From: a virus
Lineage: Duplodnaviria > Caudoviricetes
DNA length: 63,760 nt
Strand: one strand, 5' to 3'
IMG/VR virus record: IMGVR_UViG_3300022700_000225
Span: 1 to 63,760 of that record
The notes below the pieces were generated by a model. It did not search any database, was not told where the DNA came from, and was given only the letters and a program-made list of their open reading frames with translations. Positions 18,401 through 27,400 of the stretch are shown piece after piece (position 1 is the stretch's first letter; every line of letters starts with the position of its first letter). Both the position numbers and the translations under genes were made by a program.

Positions 18401-21400
18401 CGGTCTCGCCGGCCCGGATCTTTTCCACCAAAACCTCTTCTGCGGCCATGGCCCGGTTTTCGGCAGTCCCGGAAATGTTGTGCTTTTTTAAAAAAGCGTC
18501 CACGTCGCGCTTGTAGCGGGTGGCCACCTTGCCGAAAAACGCCTGCTTGCCCTTGCGCCCCCCAAGGATCTGATCCAGGGCCAGGTGCCGGCCTTCATGC
18601 CGCAGCAGCCATTCCACATGGGCTGCGGCCATGGCATCCGGGGCGGCAATGTTGTCTGCCACAAAATAGAGCCTGTCTTTGTGGAAAACGCCCAGCCATT
18701 CACCCGACATGCCTTCGGCCTCGATGGTGTCCTGCAGGGTCTTCGGAAGCTCGGATTCATGGTTTAAGATCTCGATCTTGCCCTTGAGCCCGGAGTAAAG
18801 CTCGCCTGTGGCTGCGTCCATTATCTTGTGCAAAACGCTTTTGGGCACGGCCGCACCTTCGGGCACCCGGCGGGCGGTTCTGGCAAAGCGGGTTGAGCGC
18901 ATCTGCTCCCACCGGGAAAAATCCTTGGCCTCTGTATCGTCTGTTTTTTCTTCCTCGGCGCGAAGCTCCCCCAAGACTTCTTCGTGTCTTTTCCAGGCCT
19001 CTTCTAACCGGCCCTCCTGCTCAAACGGGGCATCCACCCGTTCCTTGAGTTTCGGCAGCTCTTTTTTGTTTTGCTCCAGCTCTTTGGCAAGGTCGTCTTT
19101 TAGGGATTCGGCATTGTTTTCGACATAATTCACCTTGTTGTTCATGCGGGAGAAAAACCCGGTGGCTGAAAATTTGTCCGCAAACTTGCCGGTGCCGTCA
19201 ATGACATAGCTTGGCGGGAACAGATTGCCTTTCCGGGTATAGACGTCATATGCCTTGAATTGCGGCTCCAAAACGACCGCGCTAAAATGCCGGGACCGGG
19301 AGGCGTCAAACTCAACGCCCCGAAATGTGACGGTAAATTCCTTTCCGGTTTTTGCTGTCTGCTTCAAGGCTTTTTCAACAGCATTGCCGGCCGCGTCTTT
19401 TGCCCTTTTTAATGCGGACTCGTTGGCTTCGCGGGCAGCCTTGACCTCTTTTTTGTTCTCCCTGGTCTCTTCGGACACCGGAACCAGGTTTTCGGCCCTG
19501 TAGGTCTTGCCGTCCACCGTGATTTCCCAGCCTTCCGGGCTGTCATCGCGGGGATTGTTTTTGACGGTCTCCAGGTCCGCGTTGATATCAGCGGTATAGT
19601 CATCATATCTTTCCTGGAAAGTCTCAATCGCTTTGATCCTGCCCTGTGCGGAAAATCGTTGAGACCTGTGGTTGCTGCGCAGGGACTCCAGTTTCCCGAT
19701 CTCCTGGCGCAGCTGGATCTCTTCCAGGATCAGTGGGTTTCCGGATGCAGCAGCCTTCATGTCGGCCGCATTGGCCGCCTCGCCCACAGAGTCTTCTATG
19801 GACTCGCCCCACTGGTGGTTGCCGGCCCGGAGTTGCTCAATGCTTTTGGCCTTTCGCTCAATGATCTGCCAGCGCCGGGTGTCAAGCGTTTCCTTGGTGG
19901 AATACCGGTGAATGCCGACTTCAAAAATCCCTTCGCCCTTTTCGAGCTTTTCCTTGAAAAACTCGTTTCCCTGCCGGATGATCCTCCCTTCCCGCTGCTC
20001 CAGGTCAGAAGGACGCCACGGGGCGTCTAAGTGGTGAAGGGCCACAAGTTTGTTTTGCACATTCATTCCAGCGCCCATCTTGGAGGTCGAGCCAATCAGC
20101 ACCCGGACCCGGCCGGCCCGGACCTTGCCGAACAAATCCGCTTTCTGCTTGTCGGTATTGGCGTCATGGATAAAGGCAATCTGGTGCTCCGGGACTCCTT
20201 TCTGAATCAGCTTGGCCTTGATGTCGTCATATACGGAAAAGTTTGAATCTGCGGCAATCAGTTCTCCAAAAGAGTATTTGCCGAGCTTTTCGGTTAGCCG
20301 GTTGTATTTGTTTTCCAGTTCCACCGCATTCTCCGGGCTTGCCGACTCCAGAGCCTGCTCTGCCTCCCGGATCTGTCCGCGCAGTTCATTGATCTCCGCT
20401 TTATGCTTTGACGCAGCCTTTTTAGGAACTGACAAATCACAGAAAACAAGCTGTGCGCCCTTCCTGTCATTCCATTGCTGGTAGGTGTCATAGATGTTTT
20501 CAACTGCCAGGTTGACCTTGGAGCCCGGAAAATCAGGCAAATTCGGGTCAATCAGCCGGATATCAAGCGCGGCCTTCATGGCCTCGCCCGTGGCTTTCAG
20601 CGGGTTGTCTTCTCTGGGGTCTTTCGGCATGTTGTCCATGCGGTGAACAATCCAGTCCATAAAGCTCTTCTGGTCCTCGGATCGTTCGGCCACAACGTTT
20701 TCCGGCTTGCCGCCCTTAACGTTGGGGACAGGCCACACATTGCCCTGGCTTTCGGCCCACTCCCGCAAATCTTTTGTGGAAATAACGTCTGCAAAGTCCT
20801 TGTAGATGGACATCATACCGGGCACGTTTTGGAAGGTCAGCTGCGATTGGAGTTTATACCGGGTGCCCGTAGCGTCTACCTGCCAGTCATTTTGAACGCT
20901 GGCAAAAAGATTTGCCCACTGGTCAAAGTGAGCTGCTCCCATCTCCTTTAGCTGGCCATAGGACATATACCGCATCATGGTATACATCTCGGCTATTGAA
21001 TTGGAAACCGGCGTCCCGGTCAGGAAAAATACGCCCCGGCCGTTATTCGCCTCCTGCAGGTATTGGGTTTTGACAAACAGATCAAAGGCTTTCTTTGACC
21101 CGGCCGGGTCTCCAAGGCCGGCCACGCGCGTCATTTTGGTGGCATAAAACAGATTTTTAAACTCATGGGCTTCATCCACAAACAGGGCGTCCACGCCAAG
21201 CTCTGAGAAATCCACGACATCGTCTTTGGTTTTGTCGGACAGGGCTTCGAGCTTTTCCTTTATTCGGTCCCGGGCTTTTTCCATCTGCTTGACCGAAGGC
21301 GTTTTTTTGCCCTCTTCCTGGGAAAGCTCAAGGATGGCCTCTTCGTATTGGCTGATTTGCTCCTGGTAAAACTTCGCCTGATGCTCTGCCGGCATCTTGA

Positions 21401-24400
21401 TAAAGCCAAAGGAGGAATGCGCCATAACCACCGCATCCCATTCTCCCGTGGCAATGCGACCCAAAAACTCCTGACGGTTTTTCTTGGCAAAATCCTTTTT
21501 GCCGATCACAAGGACATTGGCCCCGGGATATAGCGTCTGGAAATCCGCCGCCCATTGATCCACCAGATGGTTGGGGACTGTATACATGGGTTTTTTTGCA
21601 AGCCCCATCCGCTTCATTTCCATGCCGGCCGCGATGGCTGCAAAGGTCTTGCCGGAGCCCACAACATGGTCCAGAAGGCCCTTGCCTTTCTGGATCAACC
21701 GCCATGCCACGTTTTTCTGGTGATCCCGCAGCTGATTGTCCCGGCTCTGGCCGGCGTTGATAATGCCCATGCCGGGAAAGATCATGTGGGAGCCGTCAAA
21801 AGTTCCTTCAATTGTGGTGTTGACTTTGTCATTAAACTCTTTGGCCGCAATCTCGCGGCGGTCCATATCTTCCAGGACCCAGTCCTGAAAAGCCTTGTTC
21901 ATCCGGTCAGCCGCGTCTTTGGCAATATCGGTTTCTTTTTTGTTGAGATAGGTCTTGCCGTCATCGTCTTTGTCCCGGACAACAATTTCCCGGCCTTCCA
22001 GGTTTCTTTGAAACAGCTTCTGTGCTGACATCCGCCGGGTTGAAAACTCTGTCTCGCCGGTGGGCCGGCCAAGGGCTACATGCCATTGGTCAACGCCTTC
22101 TGCATATTTGATTGTGGCCGGCGTTTTCAGCACTTCTTCGGCAAATTGCTCGTAAATGCTTGTCGGCATCCAGGGGGTGCCGATCTTGAAAAATATTTTA
22201 TCCGGAGGGACATCTTCGGGGATAACCTTTTCCAGGGCCTTGATATTTTCGATAAAAGCCGGATCGTCCTGGGCCGCCTCTCTTGCCTCGGCCAGCTTCT
22301 TTTTGACATTGCCGGACAAATAGGTGTCCGCAGTTTCCCATGTCTCTGACGCCGGATCTTTGAAAACAAGGCCGCTCAAGTCTTTTGCGGCCTGGGCCGC
22401 AGAAGCGTCGTAAAGGTCCGCAATGCGGTCCATGCTGACCGCCCCGTCTTCGCGCAAAACAACGGCAAGGGCTTCTTTTGCGTCCTTGGCCTTTTTTACC
22501 GCCCGGTAGGGTTCTCTTGTCCGGACAGAAAAAATAGACGCTTTCTCCGCCTTTGGAGGCCGGGCCTTCTCCCCTGTCTTTTTTGCCTGGGCTTTGGATA
22601 TTCCCGGGTCAAAGTCTTTTTCCAGAGACCGCAGCAGCGGGAAGTCCGTTGGATCGTCCTTCATCAGGTCCTTGTTGGCCGGCTGATTCAGATATCCATG
22701 ATTTTTGACAAAGGCGTCATAGGACTGGTTTAATGCCTTGCGGTAATCTTGCATGCGCGGGTCATCGGCAATCTCGGCCCGGATCAGCCGCCGCACCGCG
22801 TCTCGTATTTTCATAACGCCTTTAAACCGCTCAAGCCGCTTGCCTTCCAGGGGCTTGCCGGCATGCAAAACCGGTTGAAAAACCTGCCGCCCCTCCGAGT
22901 CCGGCAGCCGGCGCACGGCCTGCCCGTTATCGTCAAGCGTATATCCGTAGGGCTTTGCAAAGCCCGGGTCTGACACAACTATTTCCGGGCGCTGCACTTC
23001 TTCAAAGGTCTGCCCCTCCTGGTAAACATTTTCAGGCAGGCGGGAAAGAGCCTTGTCCAGATCGGCCTGGGTATATGTCCCGCTTAACCCGGCAACCGCA
23101 TCATAAACGCCGTCCACCACTTTGCCGGGAAACAGCTTGTTCGGGGCCAGTCGGCCCAGCATCATTTCCGGATGATTTGCAAAATACTCATTGATCCGAT
23201 AAACAACTCCGTCTTTTTCGCTGGCGACATCCTGGAGATTTTGCCACTTGTTACCTTCAATCTTTTCGCCTTCTGCCCGTTTGCGCATAAAAACCAGATC
23301 GGTTGTAACATCTGTCCCAGCCGTGGATCGAAACGCAGTGGAGGGCAGGCGGACCGTGCCGAGCAGTTCGGCGTGCTTGTTGAGCCATTGCCGCTGTGCG
23401 CCGCCGGCTTTGTCCATCATGTGAGAAGACACCACCATGGCCAGAAGGCCGTTTGGCCGCAGGGCCTTAATGCTTTTGGCAAAGAAATAATTGTGGATGG
23501 AAAAGTTTTTCAGGTCTTTGTGTTTGGGGTCATGCAGCTTTTTAGAGCCAAACGGAGGATTGCCGACAACCGCGTCCTTGGAGTTCGGAACAATGTCAAA
23601 ATCCTGAAACGCCGTGTGGGCAAGGTTTTGATTGGGGTACAGCAGCTTGGCAATTTTTGAAGTAAGAGGATCAATCTCAGCGCCGGCAACATGGCTTTTG
23701 CTGCGCATATCGGCCGGCATCAGGCCGACAAAATGCCCGATACCGTAAGCGGGCTCAAGGATTTTGCCGCCCTTAAACCCCATCCGCTGCAGGGTGCTGT
23801 ATATACCCTGAATAATGGGCTCGTTGGTGTAGTGAGCATCCTGAGTAGTTGACCGGGCGGCCTCGTACTCTTGCTGGGTGAGCAGGTCTTTTAACTCTTT
23901 TGCCTCTGCCTCCCAGCCTTTGGCGACAGAACCGTCCGGACGGTAAAAAGCCTGGGGCAGCCCGCCCCAGCCCACATATTTGACCAGCTTGGCCTGCTCT
24001 GCAGGAGTGGCGTAACGGTCTCCGATTTCTTTAACCAGGCGGAGCGCCTCCAGGTTGTCTTTAAACTTCTGCTTGGGCCCGCCTTCCCCGATCCTGTCTT
24101 CGGCGGTGATTTTATAATCTACAGGGCGTAAAGGTCCCTGACCACCACTTCTTCCGCTTCGTAGTCCCTCATCCCGCCGTCCATCAGCTCTTCTTTCTGC
24201 TCCATCGCCTGCTCGCCCTTCATCTTGCAAAACGCCTTGAGATCCCCCGCTTTCCTGAGCCTCTTGTAAAGCTCCGGATCTCTCTCCGGAAGATTGTTCA
24301 TCAGCTGATGCGCGTATCTGTTCATCTGATACCTCCGTTTCTGTGGTTGCAGCCTTCCTTTTATCATTAATAATATCAGATATTTCGCTGGTGTCAAGTT

Positions 24401-27400
24401 CTTTTATGTTGGCCGGATCTGTCATGCCCTTGGCGTCAAAGCCGGGGTAATGGCGCACCGCCTCATACCAGCTTCGCAGATACGATTTTACCGCCTCGCC
24501 CAGATCGGCCATCATGGCCTTTGAATAGGCGGTAAAAGACCTGGCGCCGGCCTCGATATGATAGCCGGCCAGCTGAATGCCGGCCTGCACGATTTCCGGG
24601 TCCAGCCCTGTGCTGACCTGCCCCAGTTTTTTCCGGAGCAACTCCCGGGCCTTGTCTGCGGCATCCCTGGTAAAAACCGTGTTGGTTTCGCCATAGCCGG
24701 ACTCTTGGGCTCCACTTGTTTCAGCAGGAGACGCCTGCTCCTGTGCAGACGCCTCCGCGCTCTGTGTCGAAACATCAGAGGGGGTTTGCGTTTGCCCAGC
24801 CTCACCCTCGCCCAGATGGGGGGTCAGACGGTCTTTTTTGTCCTGGCTTAAATAGTCCCAAAGCGTTTTGGAAAGCTGTCCGGCTTCGGCATCAGAATAT
24901 CCTGCAGTTTTGGCCGCCTGATACCGGCCTTCACCGGTCAACTCGTTGCGCCACGCCTCTTCAGGGATTTTTGCGCTCTGCCCCTCGGTTTCGGCTGCCC
25001 GGCCAGCCCGGTCAACTTCTTCGACAAGCTGCTCGCGGGTTTTGTCCCTGGTGTCGATCCCTTCCTGTTTTGCCACCTGCCGGGCTTTCATTAGGTGGGC
25101 TCGCCAGCCGTCAGGACGGGCGGGTGCCCTTTCTTCGGCTTTGGCTGAAGCCGCCCCCTTTTCAGGGACGGCTTCGGATACCGTTTCAGCGCGTGGCTGA
25201 TCGGCTGATTTGAATCGTTCCACTTCCTCATTGGTCAGGTATTGTGTACGGCCTTTTTCGTATAGCTGTTTCGGAGACTTGACCCCGGCCTCCGGTCCGG
25301 CTCCGGGCACTACATCGACGGGGGCCTGAATCCGGACTCCGTTTTCAACAATAAAACGATTCCCTGCCTTGTCCTGGTAAACGGTCTTGCCTTCGGAATT
25401 TCTACCAACTTTGCCGAATTTTTTTCCGCCGGGTGCCGTTTCAGACAATGCCTGACCTTTGCCGCCTCCAGAATCGTCCAATTTTGCGCTTCTGGCGGCT
25501 TTGGCCTGCAAACCCGCATCTGGCGATGGTTTATAGTCGCCTTCCTCGGCTAAAATCTCATCCATGTCCTGCTGACGGTCCCGGGCAGCCTTTCTTATCC
25601 GGTCCTGGGCCGGGGTGATCCCCCGGGCCTCGCGCGGGCCTTCCAGTGAAGATTCATCCGGCAGGTCTGACAGGTCGGCGTCAAATTCGTCAACTCTGCG
25701 CCAGCCCCACTGATCGTTTCCAAGGTCCACGGGCTCGACGGCTTCCCCGGCCTTCTGCTTGTCGTGCACCAGCTTGTCAATGCCCTTTTTGGTATAGGGC
25801 TTGCCGGACTTCATCACGGCCACGGTGCCGGGCAACGGCTCGCCGGCTGACAGCTCATGGCCGGTATCAATCGTACCGGTTTCGGCCCGGGCCTCTGCGT
25901 CGGCTTCGGGCGTCCGGCCTTCTGGTTCTGCCTGGGACCGGGTTGCCGGGGCGGATTCTTTGCGTGTTGCCGGCACATCTACCGCCTGGGCAATATAAGG
26001 CTGCGGCAGGTTTCTGCCATACAGCTCATGGAGGTGATACAGGGCGTAGGGGTCGCGCTTTTTGGCGTCATTGACATGATCCCGCAGCTCGTTGACCTGC
26101 TGCCAGCCCGGGTCATTGTTGGGTTTGCCCCGCATTTTCCGGCGCATGGATTTCAGGGCGGTCTCGGCGTTAAAGATCACCTTGCGTTCGTCTTTTTTCA
26201 GGTCCGGGGCCTGGCCCTCGGCTTCCGTCAGCTGCGCGTCGGCCCGCTCCTGGTCGGCAATGTCTTTGTCCAGCCCGTCCGGAAACCGGTCCTGCTCTGC
26301 CGGAATGTCGCCCGCGGCCTGGGCCTCGGCCCTTTGCTGCCGGGCCGCCTCCTGCCGGGCAGTGAAAATTTTGGCGTCAATGCCGTCAATCTCATCCTGG
26401 ATCTTTTTCTTTGCCGCCTTGCCCCGGGCCTTCTGCTTTCTGGCAACCGCGTTGTTGCGCCGGGCCTGGAGGTTTTCCACGCGCTTTTCATATCGCGGGG
26501 CCTGCCGGGCGAGGGCTTCTGCCTGCGGCCGGGTCTCCTGCGCCGGCCCGGCTTGCGGTGCGGGCTGCTCTGCGGCTGCCGGCTCTCCCATCTGATCCAT
26601 GGCCTGCTGGTTTAGCTTTTGCCTTGCCAGAACCGGGTCATTAATTTGCTCGGTCTGCCCGGCTGCGGCCCGGGCCTGCTCGGCAACCCCCCGGTTTTCC
26701 GCCTCACCCATCAGGCGCACCATCAGACGGTTGGCCCGCTGGGCCGTGTTCTGATCCGTGCTTTGAAAAGACTGTGCGGTGGCCCCGATGGTCTCCACCA
26801 GTTCATCGTCAGACATTTCCCGGACCACCCGGTCGGTCCAGTCCCGCTCGGCCTGTCCGGCCGCCTGTGCTGTCTGCTGCGCAAGGTCTTTTTCAATGGC
26901 CTGGATCTCTTCTTCTGTGGCCCCGGCCTTCTTTGCCTCATCAATGACCTTTTTGCGCTTCTTGTCCAGGGCCTCCACGGTGCTGCGGCCAAACACGCCG
27001 CCGGCCATGCCGCCTGCCCCGGCTCCGCCGATAATGGCCTCAACAATGCCTTCGGTGAGGTTCCGGGTTTTGTCATAGCCTATCTTGGCAATCGTGTTTT
27101 GCCAGAGGTTTTGAGACGCTTCCTGCATCCCCTCTTCTGCCCCGCCGTTGGCAATGCGCTTGATTGCGCCTTCGGCCGCTTCCTTGCCGGCGCCGCCAGC
27201 CCCGGCCCGTTTCAAGATCCGGGAAATGGGTATGTATTCCAGCAGGGCGGTTCCCATGGTGGAGGCCAGGCCGACACCGGAAGCATACGCCTTTCCCTTT
27301 CCGGCCTCCCGCGCCTCTTCATACTGTGGTGCGCCTTCCAAAAGTCCAAGGGCAGTCGCGCCGCCCGCAGCCCCAATGCCTTCAGCAGAAAGCCCCTTTG

